Shown here piece by piece: positions 23,766 through 37,613 of a stretch of DNA of 64,000 bases (the first letter of the stretch is position 1; each line of letters begins with the position of its first letter). Location of the stretch: positions 12,834,001 to 12,898,000 of the forward strand of contig OZ176050.1 in NCBI GenBank assembly GCA_964247055.1. Direction: 5' to 3'. Below the pieces are notes generated by a model. The model did not search any database. It was not told the origin of the DNA and saw nothing but the letters and a program-made list of their open reading frames with translations. The DNA is from Paragordius varius. Its lineage: Eukaryota; Animalia; Nematomorpha. Both the position numbers and the translations under genes were made by a program.

Positions 23766-26700
23766 ATGAATGGTGGTCAATCTAATTCCGAAATTCCTCC
23801 GTGGAGAGAGCCCCATCAAAATAAATTTGTTGCGAAACAACCTTTTAAAACATATTATCAAGAACCATTAGCCAATAATATGGAAAATCTTAATCAAAAT
23901 ATGAATAATAATAATCAAAATACGTTTTTACCATTCTCTAATATTCCATTGTTTCAACCACCTAATACATTTAACAATTTTCCTGTCAATAATAACCTTA
24001 TGAATTTTATGCCGAAAAATGCCTTGAATTTTAATTCTGGCATGTCTAATAACCCTATAAATTTTATGACAGGAAACACTAATTTGCCCAATCAATTTCA
24101 ATTTTTACCCCAACAACAGAATATGGCAATGTTTCAGCAACAAAACCAACAATTTTTGATGGCTCAACAACCAACCTTTTTACAACCACCCTCACAAAAT
24201 TTTGAAATGACTTCTGAAACTATTCAGCTAACCAATTCATTTCAATTCCCACCCCATCCTCAGTCCTTACAAATGCAAAATCAATCAATAATGCCTCCCA
24301 TGATGCATCAATTTAATCAAAATAATCTTAATAACAGCAACACCAATAATAACTTGTATGAAGCTAATTTTCCACCTTTTATAACGACGACAACACATCA
24401 TACTTCTTTGCCGATGGGTTCAGTTATACCGCATCCACATAATGTTCCTTTCATACCTCAAATGGGGCCGACAGGTTTTAAAATCATTTACGATTTTATT
24501 TCTTTACTAAAATAAATTTCTACTTTTTATGTTTTATTTTAGAATCATTATTTTTCTAACTAGATTCACTAAATATTCTTGAGTTTCAACTCTTTAAAAC
24601 AACTAAAATATGTTGTTTTCTTTTTCAAAAACATACATTACAATTATATTTTTATATTATATATATAGTCTTTCCAACTCCCACACCTGTGATGCCTATG
24701 GTTCCCTTGGTAACAACGATCCCACCTCAACAGGCTGTACGAAAAGCGTTACCCACATGGCTCAAAGATGAATTGTTGAAGCGAGAACGAGAAAAAGCGG
24801 AAAAAGAACAAAAACTCCAAAAAGATAATATTAATGAAGATGGACCAGGTATTTCTAAAGACCGCTTTTTCATATTTTTAAATGATATATAGCATAATGG
24901 TTTTTTGAGATTAAGAAATAGAAATTTTAATTGGAATAATTAATATTCAACAATATTATTGCTACTATTAATCATCGCATTGGTAGATATAAAAATATAT
25001 ACGAATCATTTTTGGTATATATATATTCCTACTTTATTTGCACGTTTGTTTTTAAAGAGCATGACAAAATCATTTATATTATTGCAAACGTTTGATCATC
25101 ATCAGTTTCTGTATATTGTGTGTCTATATATGTAGATGAAGAATTAAATGAAAAGACAACCTTTGAGAATATTGTTGGATTTGATAATAAATCGGAACAT
25201 AGTTTAGGAGCGAATGATAATTACCCCACCTCCGAGGACAGGGAACAGTCATTGAGCCCTCGTAATGATAATACGAGCAGTGAAAAATCAGTTAATACAT
25301 CTCCCTCCTTACCTCAAACCAGTGGCAAAGTTGATAAGGTACTTAAATTTTAGATTAATGAAAAGTTGAGCTTAGAGTTTTTTTCAACGATTGAACATAC
25401 AACCGAAATAGGGCTATTGGTTATAAATTATTCTTTTTAGTGAACTTGATTGTGGTTTTAAATATCAACAGACGTTTATTTTCATATTTAGTTTGTTCAA
25501 AAATAGTATAATCCATTCATCGGTGAAGTTTTTAAAAAAATTGTTTTTAACTTTTTATATGTTATTTGTCTAAAAATTTGGTTGTCATCCCATGGTTTTT
25601 TTTATAAAATACTTTTTTTCTTTTTTAAAATAATTTTACGGGCAGCGTTACGAGATATATATGCAAAATATGGATAAACAGTCACATAAATTATAACATA
25701 TAAAGCTATTTATTGTATGTTACTTTTATCTGGAAAATCTAAAAAACAATCAACACCGTTTTGAAAACCATTTAAGGCCAAAACCCCAAAGACTTCCCAA
25801 TTCGAACTCGCAATATTAACAAAAAATTCATATTTTACCCTTATTTTTTGCTTGAGATTTAAAATATGCATTTTATTACCTTGCATAAATATATTATTTT
25901 TCCTTTAACATGTCATTTTAGGTGACACAAATCAAGGAACTGTTGACGGAAATTTTGCTCCTAAGCACGAACGAATTGATAGGGGATGCAGTAAATAATA
26001 CTATGGCTTATATAAAGAAACAAAGTGAATTCATTTTCTTTTAAAACTCTCCTTTTTATATAGTAATTAATTCTCTATAGTCCGAAACCCCGATATTATC
26101 TATCAGATGCTCGACGCATTTAAATATATTATATTGTTTTATTTGATTTTATTTAAATTTGGATGACACTGGGCTTTTATAACCTTTGGATAGATACTCC
26201 TTACAACAAATCTCATTATGTTGATTCTGCCATTTTATTTTATAATGAATCTGATATGTTGTTTTTTAGTTGAAATGGAGAAAAAGGCTAATAGCGAAAA
26301 GGCTAGAACAAGGATTACCTCACTTGGTATGTGTTTTAAATGTTTAAAAATAATTTAAACTTTAGGCAAATTTTTATTAATTTAACTGTCATAATCGCCT
26401 CTGAAAACTGTAAATATTCAAATTTTATGCAAAGCGTAACTCTACCATTTTTAATTTACAATAAACTTTTTTTACAAAAATTTCTAGGAATCGGTGCTTA
26501 TGGCTCAGATACAAGTTCAAACGAAGAAGATGAGGAGCCCGATATGGAAAATGTTGAAAAGAAACAAGAATCAGCAATTATCGTTGCATTTAACCAGCTT
26601 TCAGACAAGAAAATACCATTAGTGGATCAGGCCTATGAACAACACAATTTTGATTTAGCAAGCGATTCTGATGGTACTAAAAGCAATAATAATAACATCC

Positions 26701-27880
26701 AGTCGCAATCCGAATTGATTTCAACTCACCATAGTAAAGCGTTATCGGCGCATGACCAACAAGTAATTACAAAAGACAGCAGAACTGTGGAGAGTATGCC
26801 GAGTAGTGTAACCAATAAACTTATACCAAAGTCAGTATCGACAAGTGTAACAGATTTTGTTGTTAAATTATCTAATGTAGTTGTTGTTGAACCATCCGAC
26901 CAAAGTAATACAATTTATAATCATGTTGTTACTATCGTTTTAGTTCTAATTAGATTTCTATTCAATATCATACTTCAACTTAATATCCATTAGATCAATC
27001 CTCTCAATTAAAATTGGATAAGAATTCACAATCGAAGCAATACCAAGATATTATTGTTCCTTCTGGTGCAAATACTTCTGGTATAAATTTTCCGGATAAA
27101 GATGTAAGTAAATTAATTTCTAGTGCATCGAAATCGCAAAATATCGTCAAAAAAATTGATGAGACAAAGAAAATGACCACACGAGACATCATAAATGATA
27201 CAGAGAAAACGGTGCTAAAAGCCTCAATTGGGAGTAGTCTTATGGGTGAAGTTATAAAAACAACCGAACGCATTCAAGTCAAACTGAAACAAGCTGAAAA
27301 AGAAAAATTAGCCATGAAAGAAAAGGCGGCTGCTCGTAAAAAAGCTGCTGACGACAAATTGAACAAAAGTTCTTCTGATCGCCATAGAATTCATGTTGAC
27401 AAAGGTCGGAAAGATCGTAGCAGAGATAGATCCGCGCATCATAAACGCGATAAAAAGCGACGCAGTAGATCCCGCTCTCGAGATACCACAAGTAAACGTG
27501 ATAATAAAAGCCCCCATTCTAAAGCTACTTCAACAACTTCTTTAAGAAGCAAAGAAGATAATAAAGAAAAAAATAAATCATCACATAGCTCCAAAACAAA
27601 AAATGGCACAAATCCACCTAAATCATCAACAAAACATTCCTCTGACCTGGATGTTACCAAACATCATAAAAAGGAAGAAGGAAGTGAGCGTAAAAAACGT
27701 CACAATGATGAAAGCCGCCATCACAAAAGCGGAGAACGAGCTAGGAAGCGAGAAAAGAAAAAACGGCGAAAAGCATCTTCAAAAAATTCCAAACGAAAAC
27801 GATCAACTTCTAGAAGTAAATCAAGTAGTAGCTCATCAAGTACCGGCATGGATTCTAACACAAGTTCTTATGGCACATAG
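23766..27880 (+). CDS. PNISR: Arginine/serine-rich protein PNISR (SFRS18), 7 coding exons
   Basis: Exons 23766-24474, 24669-24848, 25136-25338, 25922-26024, 26270-26326, 26488-26904, 26994-27880, phase consistent. P/Q/N-rich N-terminus, RKALPTWLKDELLKRERE, LLTEILL, LGIGAYGSD, and an RS/K-rich C-terminus. Confidence 0.87.
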
Positions 27881-28064
27881 ATGATCCTTCCTTATCACGC
27901 CCGCCCCTACCAAAAAATGGGATAAATTGCGTTGACTCATGTGTGTATGTGTTATACGATCATTAAATAACTTTGTATAAATAAATGTAAATTATATCTA
28001 GTAAAATTTTGTTGAGACAAAAAACTGCATTATTACAATATTAACATTGTCATTTGCCGAAAAA

Positions 28065-28900
28065 AATTGTTATTTGTTTACGACCTAGTTTTTGAAATAT
28101 TGAGAGAAAATCGAAATCGGGCAAAAAGTGAAAATTAAGGATAATTAAGAATAATATAAAAAATAATGATAAAAGTCGAGATATTATGGTTGATTATTAT
28201 TTTAGGAGACATTTCTATAAATAAGTAAAATCATATAAATAGGGTTTTTATAAAATCTCAGTTCAAAAAATGGCGTTTTTCTTTTAACACACTTAAAAGT
28301 CAAAAAAAATTTGTCAAACTATATTAAAATAATTTTTTATATTATTTACTAGCTAAACTCATTATTGAAATCTTAACATTCATATTTTAGTGACTAAAAA
28401 AAGTTCTATATCAAAATAAAATAAAAAATATATTTTTTTTTCTTTTTTTTCATCTGGTTTATATAAAAATTTACACTGTTTTATTTAGGAATTTTACATG
28501 AGCGGGATTTATAACGTATATAATTTGTGCAAAATAGGCAAAAGTAATGGAATATTAACCAACTTTTTATTTTGAATAAAATATGAATGTTAAGATTTTA
28601 ATAGTGAGTTTAGGTAATAAATAATTTAAAAAAATTATTTTAATATAGTTTCATTAAATTTTTTTTGTTTTTAAATTGTAAAAGAAAACACCATCTTTTT
28701 ACAAATTTCATAGAAACCCTTACTATATGATTTTAGGCTATTTATATATGAAAAATATCTCCTAAAATGATAATCAACCATAATATCTCAACTTTTATCA
28801 TTATTTTTTGAATTATCCTTAGTTTTCACTTTTTGCCCGATTTCGATTTTCTCTCAATATTTTAAAAACTAAGTTATAAATAAATAAAAAATTTTACGGC
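28065..28900. mobile_element. Non-autonomous foldback/MITE with inverted arms of about 330 bp
   Basis: TATTGAGAGAAAATCGAAATCGGGCAAAAAGTGAAAA (28099-) pairs with TTTTCACTTTTTGCCCGATTTCGATTTTCTCTCAATA (to about 28859). Arms about 28065-28390 and 28575-28900. Exact ends and TSD are unclear. Confidence 0.75.
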
Positions 28901-30629
28901 TAAGGAATACGCTGGTCATAAGCTACCTAATGAAAAAAAAATTTTTGCATACAGTGTTAAGATGTTGTATTGATATAGGTGGTAATAACTTAATTTTTTA
29001 GTTTAATAACTTTGTTTGATATTTTAATGGTTTTTTTTGTTTTCACAACTAACTAAAATCTTTGATTGCGAAAACACCTTAGCAGCCCCTTCCCAAAAAG
29101 CCTTTAAAGCAGTAATTCACCGTTACTAATGTTCATCTAAAAACATCCAAATTAATTTAATCCTTTTTGCAATAAACCAAATAATTTTTTTGCCTAGTTA
29201 TTTGAGCAACTGAAGTTAGTTGCTAGGAACGAATAGGTTCTGTAAATTCTTACATATAAACACTGAAATGAAAAGCAATAAGGCTGGTAAAAAAATTTAA
29301 TCCCTGATCGAATTAGCTTACATCTCTCATTAAAAATTAAATTCGGTTGTCCTATTTTCAAACACAAGTTGAGCCATCAAATTGTTAAATTAATAATTTG
29401 TAAAACAATTTTGTTTAATTATATTTTATCATTATTTTCTTTTGTTTTTAGTTAATCCATTGAAAAAGATACTCCCATGTATCGAAAATTTTGGATATTA
29501 TACTTCAATTTAATAGATTTTACGAGAATTAAAATCATTGTTTTAACAAAATTTATCTCGTTGACAATTACAAAAATGATTTTTGTTTTTCTTAATTTAC
29601 TTCCCTTTTGTATTTGAAATATTGATTTTAACATTTAACTTCAGTTATTTTCGAAATCTTTTCTACCCCAGAGTTGTTTCATATTCAAATATGATACACA
29701 TAAGTTAATGGGAATTCGAAAATTTGATTACTATGGCTTTTCAAACGGTAGATAAATATTTATAAAAATTGCGAAAAAAACCCCATATTTTTTGATTTGA
29801 CTTAAAAATTTTATAGCATATATTTATTAGATTTACATCAGACGTTTATATCAAATGGTGGAATTATAAAGTTTGGAACTAAAATGTACCTATACTATAG
29901 AAACTTCTTTAATTTAATATAGTAATTTGATAATTCATAGTATTTAATAATATTACTTTTAAACAACTTTACGGAATTTCGATTTATAGTTGTGGTAATC
30001 GCAGAATTCTGTAAATATTTTGTTTTTTAAATGGTCCCTTTGCCCTTATTGAATTTAAAACTCATAAAAAAGCCATATCCTAAATTAACATTTGACTCAA
30101 AAACAATGGCGGAATCTGTATAATAATCTACGAAGAGAAACGCCAAATACCATTTAAAATCACATATCGTTAATCCAAAATAAAGTTAATAATCTTAGCT
30201 AACATATACCAATTTATTTTATAAATTGGTGGTTTATTCATAAGACACGCCTCAACCTAATAAATATGAATAGCGCCAATGTTCATTCGCAAAATTTAAC
30301 ATGTAGAAGATGTGGTAAAATAGTGAAACCCTGTCATCCATCCTAAATGATTACCTTCAACTTTCTGTACATTGGAGATAAAAAAATGAATAAAAACTTA
30401 TACACTCTTTTATCATTTACATTCAATTAGTTGCTAACAAGAATTATTGCTATAGAGATGCAAAAGCGTTAAAGAAATCTTGATGGTATCTGAAAAATTA
30501 TATCTCTAAAAACATCTATAATCAAAAACGAATGGTGAGCAGCATAATGTCTCGTTTTATAAATCATGCATAATCCAAGAATACCTCTAAAAGTATGTAA
30601 TTAAAACCATAGCAAAAGTTTGCACTAAC

Positions 30630-30851
30630 ATAATGAATTTAAAAAAATCATTCAAAAATACTTGATATTACTAAATGCAATTTAAAAATTGATTTAAAAC
30701 GACATGTGTGCATTAAAATATGTTGGATATGATTTAAATAAAAAAGTTTTAATAAGACGATATTTTGCAAATATGTCGTGAAATTATAGTGGTGTCTAAT
30801 CAACATAACTATAGTCTAGGGTATTTTGATACGCCAATTTCAATCGAAATG
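30630..30851 (+). mobile_element. Degenerate fragment of the piggyBac-like MITE
   Basis: ATTCAAAAATACTTGATATTACT and the end CAATTTCAATCGAAATG|TTAA match copy A. Confidence 0.55.
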
Positions 30852-30966
30852 TTAAGATTATAACAAGTAACGGGTGTAGGAACGTCGGCCACCTGCTGTC
30901 AAGCCTTTCCCTATTAAGATTATAAAAAATCGAAAGTATGAAAAAAGAAACACTTTATAGGCCACA

Positions 30967-31142
30967 TCTGCATTTTTAATGGGAAGGGTATTTAATTTGT
31001 ATGTCAGCCATCTATGAGTTTTTTTGTTTTAATTAATTACATTTTTAAAAATTATGGAAAAAAATACCAACTATTAAAATAAAAAATCTCATACGTGGTA
31101 AGAGACATGTAGATTAAAAACCCTTTCCATTAAAAACAGATA
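30967..31142. mobile_element. Small palindromic MITE-like element
   Basis: TTAATGGGAAGGGTATTTAAT ... ATTAAAAACCCTTTCCATTAA inverted arms. Confidence 0.55.
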
Positions 31143-31203
31143 AGAGCTATTAAGATGACTGATAATTCCCAGAATACTTTATTCTATATATTTTAAACAG
31201 AAA

Positions 31204-31219
31204 TTAAAAAATAAAAAAA
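31204..31219 (-). terminator. Pol III oligo-T terminator of tRNA-Lys
   Basis: TTTTTTTATTTTTT on the minus strand, starting 2 nt after the tRNA 3' end. Confidence 0.75.
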
Positions 31220-31221
31220 TA

Positions 31222-31294
31222 CGCCCGAATTGGGGCTCGAACCCAAGACCCTTAGGTTAAAAGCCTAATGCTCTACCGACTGAGCTATTCGGGC
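31222..31294 (-). tRNA. tRNA-Lys, anticodon UUU
   Basis: GCCCGAATAGCTCAGTCGGTAGAGCATTAGGCTTTTAACCTAAGGGTCTTGGGTTCGAGCCCCAATTCGGGCG (73 nt). Full cloverleaf with intact A and B boxes. Confidence 0.97.
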
Positions 31295-32679
31295 TGATGT
31301 TATGGACAAATATTTCAATTTTTAAAATTATATTAATGAGTGTGTGAAAATATGTGGGCATTGGTATTAACAAGAAATCTTTCCACAAAGTTTTTACTGT
31401 TTAATATTAGAATTCATTACTCATCAGCGCTAAAAATGTTTGTTTGTAGCCATGAAAAAGAAGATTTTCCGTATCAGCACACTAAGGTTTTTATATATGC
31501 ATAAACATAGCCCATACCAATTAAAGTACACCAAGAATCACTTTTGAATTCCACGCTTTTAGAAAATGATTTGTTAAAGTTTAAAAAAAAGCCTCCTTGC
31601 CCTCAAGATCTTTCCGAAATTTTATATATTAATAGACGTGATTTACGACCAAAAATTTTTAAATCTTTAAAACGAAAATACATCCCCAAGCATTTATAAA
31701 TATGGGTTAAATAAATATTTCCATTTTTATAATCTTTTTATTGAACCTTTTACAATAATATTTCTTTTGAAAAATAAAATTACTAACCCGCAATATTTAT
31801 TAATGTTATTTTCACTCATTGCGTTTTTTAAGTTTTTTTGTCCCTTAGGATGATTTTGATAAGCATATAACTGAAAGCAAAAAATAAAAGTGATTATATA
31901 AGTAAATAATGTATGGTTTTTATGGTGGTAATTTCCCTCTCTACATTTATATATTTTCCTTATAGCTAATGTGACCAGATATTTTGAATTTTGACGCAGT
32001 ACAAAATTAAAACATACTTTGGCTGTTTTTACACCATCGGTGTGGTATATACAGTTTACACAAAATATCCTGATGAGATTAACATTCTGATAGGAAAATA
32101 TCAGGATCATCATAATGCTTTTGGTTTAAGTTTTTAGATGTGGGCTCTGAAAGTCCCAAATTTTTTTGGCTATTTTAAAATGGACTGTTCTATAGAAATA
32201 AACGCAAAATTCCGATATTGTGCAATAATTTTAAATTTTTGCTAAATTTTGATATCAACTAAATATATTTTAAAAAAATACAAAAACTCTATTTTTTAGC
32301 AAGATTTTGTGGAAGCATACCATACTATTTTGAGCATGATGGAAACGATATATAATTCGATAGGGTTAATTTCTCGATCAGAATTTTGATTGTATTCGTT
32401 CGTTTTCAAATTTATGTTTAATAAAAAGTGTTTTTTGACAAAGATTCATCAAAATTTTCAAGCAAACTAACCCTTAAATTAAAATTCTGAATGTTCAACA
32501 TCATCAAATTATTAAAAAAAGAGTTTTATCGTATCTTAAAGCTCTATACTGTGTCCATCTTGCTTCAAAATTCGAAGTACGCTTCAACAAATCTCAAATT
32601 TGTTTATACAAAACAAATAAGAAAACTATTAAAAATTAAATTTTAGGAAATAAAACAAGTTATATCATACCTCCCACAC

Positions 32680-33802
32680 ACCTAATGAATATGGAAAACG
32701 TAAAAACTTTAATTGTTACGAAAAAAAGGTTACTTCGAAATCATGTGCCATATATACTAAACTAAATAATAGTTACGGGAATAACAATTTTCTATATAAT
32801 TTTCCATATAATTATAACAAAAAATGAACTATCTAAACTTGATCAAACTTTTATTAAATATCATAAATTAATTTTGTTATTTATTTTTTGAGGCACTTCT
32901 TTTTGTGGAAGCCCTTAGTGAAAGAGCCATTAGCCTGAATCTTACGATGGAGCCGAGATTTATAGTTTCGCCACTGCGCGAAACGCTGCAATCCTAAGTT
33001 TTATGTATAATTTGAGCAGAAAATAAAATATTAACCAATTAAAAATAGGCCAGTCTTAGTTTTTTACCGCAAAATGAACTATAAATTTGGGGTTATATTT
33101 ACAGAGGGTACTATATCAAATTCTAAAATAATTTTTTTGAATAAATAAAAGGTAATTTTATAAAAAATTCATAAATAATTATTTTTTTTAAATATCAAAA
33201 AGCGTACAAAAGTGGGCGAAGTACAGTCACAGTTTTTTTCTGAAAATCCAGATTGCGAAAAACAGCCTATCTGGTCACATTACACTTAATGAGGTAGAAA
33301 ACGTAAAAAGCTCTTTATTTTTTAATACGAAAAAAAAATTATTTGGAATTCATATTCCATATATAATAAATTTTGTGTCCTTTCTAAACTTCATCAAACA
33401 TTTAATAAAATATCATAAATTATTTTCATCTCTTTTTGCGGAATGGTGGATCGAGATGCTAGTTGCGCCACTGCGCGAAAAGCTGAATCATACGCAGTTT
33501 GACCGATCCAATATTCAATTTTATTTATGATTCGAGCAGAAAATATATTAACCAATTAAAAATAAACCAATCTTATTTTACCGCAAAATGAACCATTTCT
33601 TTACAAATTATGGGGTTATTTTTACAGAGGGTACTATATCAAATTCTACAATAATTTTTTTGAATTAAAAGGTAATTAGTATATATTTATAAAAAAAATA
33701 ATTAATTCATAAAAGCAGTACAAAAGTAGGCGCAGTACGGTCGCAGTTTTTTTCAGAAAATCCAGTACTGTACTGCGAAAAACAGCCTATCTGGTCACAT
33801 TA
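32680..33802. repeat. Diverged tandem duplication, period about 520-600 bp
   Basis: GCCACTGCGCGAAA, TTTACAGAGGGTACTATATCAAATTCTA and AACAGCCTATCTGGTCACATTAC each occur twice. The last motif recurs at a 520-bp spacing (33268 and 33788). Confidence 0.8.
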
Positions 33803-34399
33803 CTTATGGCTAATAGTACTATCAAATAATATTCAAAAAAGGAGTTAAGAATAGCAAAACCTTTTTATAAACTTTTGGGGCCATTTAAAGTTAAAATATT
33901 ATATCAAATATTTTAAGCATTGGCCAAGAATATGATTTCTTTAGTTTTATAGGCGCATGATAAAAAAAATGTTGTACCTAAACCTCATCTTAAACTTTTT
34001 CACCGCTCTTTTTCTTAAATTTTTTTTAATCGCTAATACAATAGGCAAATGTATAAAAATTAACTAAGTTTTAGGGTATTTTACCAGAAAAAACTTGATA
34101 TTTATTGATTTTAACATCGGCTGTTTAGTTCAATCGTGTTTCGGTCCGTCCCAATTTTAGACTATAACAGTGTTAATCAGCAAAAATATTCAGAAATCCA
34201 AAAAAAATCTTGTCTTTAGGGTCAAAAAACCAATAAAAATTTTATAACTCTATGAGATGACATTAGCGGATTATTATGCTCCGAATAAGTAATCAAAAAA
34301 TTTAAAAATTTAGGCCAAAAAGCACTTCTAGGCCCGTGGTTTGAGTATCCCTCCTCTAAAAAATGTATATCTATGCATAAGGGGTAAAATAAAATTTCT

Positions 34400-34830
34400 T
34401 AATTACCCCTTAGAGTTTTGGGCATTGCCTAAATCCAATGATGTTGTTAATGGGTATCCCTTTATTATAAATTAATTGTGGATCATACAAGTATCCCTGG
34501 ATTTATACCATCTTATTTTAAATAATATAGCTAATTAATATTTGTTATTGAAAATGGGAAATTTGTAACAATTTTAATTTAAAATAGTACTGTTTGATTG
34601 ATCACACCTTAGGTATTTGTTTATGCAAAGATTTTAGTTAAGTATTATTTCGTGACTTTATCCCCAAGTGGCAGAAGGGTCAAAATGATAACTTAAAAGT
34701 ACGGACCATTCTATTTCAATGGATAAGATCAGGATTTAGTGGGTTGTATATATATATATAAATCCATGTCATATAATTATGTTGCACTGATGAGTGTTAA
34801 CAAGTACGAAACTATTTGCGCTTATAATTG
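34400..34830. mobile_element. Probable Penelope-like element remnant with a hammerhead-like motif
   Basis: Minus strand 34400-34500 reads QGYLYDPQL..IIGFRQCPKL*, resembling the PLE IIxFRQPxNL motif as I recall it. Plus strand has CTGATGAG-stem-GAAAC at 34787-34812. Highly degenerate. Confidence 0.45.
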
Positions 34831-36079
34831 ACTAAGAACTTCAATCATTTTATATTTTCAATTAATGTCAATGTTATTTTTAATTAAAAATTTTTTTTAA
34901 CACTTCATTCGTCATTTTTTATCCGCGATGATGAGGTTTCAAGCTTAATCTTGTATATCGCCTACTGTTTTAAGAGTTTTTCGGTTTAAATTTAATTGTC
35001 ACACATTATTTTCCCTATAAGATTAAAAAATTTATGTTTTTTACAGTTTTATAACTTCTAGAGCATAAAACTAGGCGTGTTCGAAAAGATTGAAATAAAC
35101 AGATCAAATATCAAAAATTTGCTGGTGCATATCGCCTGAAAGCTTTTAAAATTTATTATTTACATTTTCTAACTTTAATATACATTTATTTGTCTGCTGT
35201 ATCCTCGATGAAAAAATCTGAGAAAAAATGTCGGCTAAAATGAGATGAGGTTTTTTTACATTTCTGCAGAAATTTTTTTTTTGAAGCATCCCCCTAAAAA
35301 GGATAAAGAAATATTAAAATTGGCCTAATATCTCTGGGATTCAAAACTACCCCAAAAGGAAAGGAAGTGGTCATATACCATACCATTGTATAAAATTACT
35401 GCAACATAACAAAACTATTTTGTTACATGTCAGTATGCACATTTATGCTGGGTTATTCAAATTATTGTTGGTCACAAGTAATACAGTAGCATAAGTTATA
35501 AAACATTAATTAATTTAAAAAAGCGTGCTTTTTTAAAAATAATTGTTTTGATGTCATAATCTAATTTTAAAATTCTTATCACGCAATCTCATCATATTCA
35601 TTTTAAGGAAACTAGTTCATTGCAAAAAGGGTCACCAATAATTCGAAATTTTCTTAATAATTAAAATTATGTAAATATTATAACTGCTTTCAAATATAGT
35701 TTATGTTATTTTTAAATATTTTAAAATAAAGCGTCTTTGGATCTGTGCAATCTTTGGATTTTTCTATATGGAGCAATTACCACAAAAGTGGTACATATCT
35801 TGCCAAATCATTCTTAAAGACTCAAATCAAGAGAATCATACAGAATTGATATACTTTTTATCAGGATATATATATTTTATAAGGATATTTATGTGCCACT
35901 GTATAATTATTTTTATAAATCCTTATCATGTGTGGCAAATTGACCTTTAAAATTTTGTAATCACAATTTAATTTACGTTTGGTTGTTTAATAACTCTCCT
36001 GTTACGGAAAAAAACATTATTTAATAAATTTGGCACAATTACTACATTTTCTTAACAAGCTCTGAAATTTTTAACGAAA

Positions 36080-36850
36080 ACACTTATGCAAAGAATCCCC
36101 TATTGCGAAAAGGAATGGGCTGTAAAATCGGCCATTAAAAAGGCAGAGGCACAATGATATCCACTCTGTAATAATAAAACATATTACCATCGTAATACTC
36201 CACGATTTTTAAAAAATTTTGAATTGGAAATAATTATTGAGGATTGTTGCAGAGCCATCCTAATATTTATTCTTAAAAAAAATCCTGATATATGTAAAGT
36301 TTGCTTGAGGATATATCTAGCAAACCAAATGTCCAAAATTTTCATAAATCAGCCAAAAAAGCCTTCAGCCTATTTTTAAAGGAGGCATACCTATTCAGGC
36401 TGGATTCCGAAAACGATAGTAATATGATAGCATATGGGATAAAAAATAAAGATATTAGAATTCAATAAGAAAATCTATAGATGTTTTGTGGATTTTAAGA
36501 TTTTTTACCTAATCAATCCAAAAACTATTCTAAAACAACTGCAAGTTTCAACTCATCTAATCAACAATTTTCTCAAGAACTGCTATAGTTTCGACAATCA
36601 TGGGGTAATTGATACATGCTTGATGAATGTTAGATTTGGGATGTGGTTAGGTTATAACTTCTATTTATGCAGATCGTACGTTTACCTCCGCCGACACCCT
36701 AAGATTATCACAAATATTGCAAACTTTATAGTTGAATGTGAAAAATATGGTCCACATTTTAATCTTTCAGAGACAAAAGTATTAGAAATTATCTCGAAAG
36801 TTGCTGTAGTCATCAACCCACATCCCATTGAAGAGTAAATAATTGCACAT
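36080..36850 (+). pseudogene. Degenerate RTE-like LINE reverse transcriptase remnant
   Basis: Frame-broken motifs EWAVKSAIKK, IQAGFRK, IYRCFVDFK, IYAD, ECEKYG..N.S.TKV. Confidence 0.75.
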
Positions 36851-37613
36851 ACCCCGAAACCTTAGGAATAATAGTTATACACCGGTGCTTTAACGTAAAA
36901 CCGGATGCGACCACAAATTTAAAAAATCATCGATTAGAATACCGAAATCCGCCTTGCCAACTATTTTTCCTACTTTCCTTACGGGAATGGCAAAATTTGC
37001 ACATTTTGCTAAATAATTTTTTTTGATAAAAGGTAAATGCTTCAATCCAAATTATACTAAAATATATCACTATAAGTTAAATAATATTTTGAATTAAATT
37101 TTGGATGTGAGCTCTAAAAAGTTTCAAATTTTTAAACCCGTCTAATACGTTCATTAAAAGACAAAAGTGCAATAAAATAGTGCTAAATTGGGTTATCAAA
37201 ACAAGTTTTTCGAAAAAAATATTTTCATAAAAAGTAAATTTATAGCAAAATTTTAGTGAAGCGAGTTTTATAATATTTCAAACCATAGTGAAAACTTTAT
37301 AATAGCACATTAACATTTCGATATTGGGGTGTCTAGTAACTTTATACCATATCTAAATAGATATTAAAAAAACTCTACTGAAAAGAACAGTTCTACTCTA
37401 ATGTTTTCCTGATAAAAATTATATAAATTATAAATTTGAGTTTTAAAAATAAAGTTTCATATCAAACTCTTTCGACACCTTTATTTTACAATATTATTAC
37501 AAAATATGTTTATTTATATTGAACGCTAATCATATCTTACATTATATAAAAGAGAAAAAGTCGTTTATTTGGCATTAATAAATTTAGCTAATGTACACGT
37601 TATCTTGTTTTAA

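Noticed and set aside
26857-26890. Possible 34-nt intron GTAACAG...CTAATGTAG in PNISR
   Set aside because: The exon is open without it, and removing it would break the phase match with the next exon.
27004-27884. Several antisense and alternate-frame ORFs over the PNISR last exon (similarly over RUSF1, SLC35, TMEM26 and BRF1 exons)
   Set aside because: Shadow ORFs of low-complexity coding exons, with no independent motifs.
31727-32113. 128-aa minus-strand ORF, and similar I/F/K/N-rich short ORFs throughout
   Set aside because: Composition reflects AT-rich non-coding DNA, with no splice-consistent partners or motifs.
34332-34352. hAT-like end GGCCCGTGGTTTGAGTATCCCT
   Set aside because: No matching opposite end or 8-bp TSD found.
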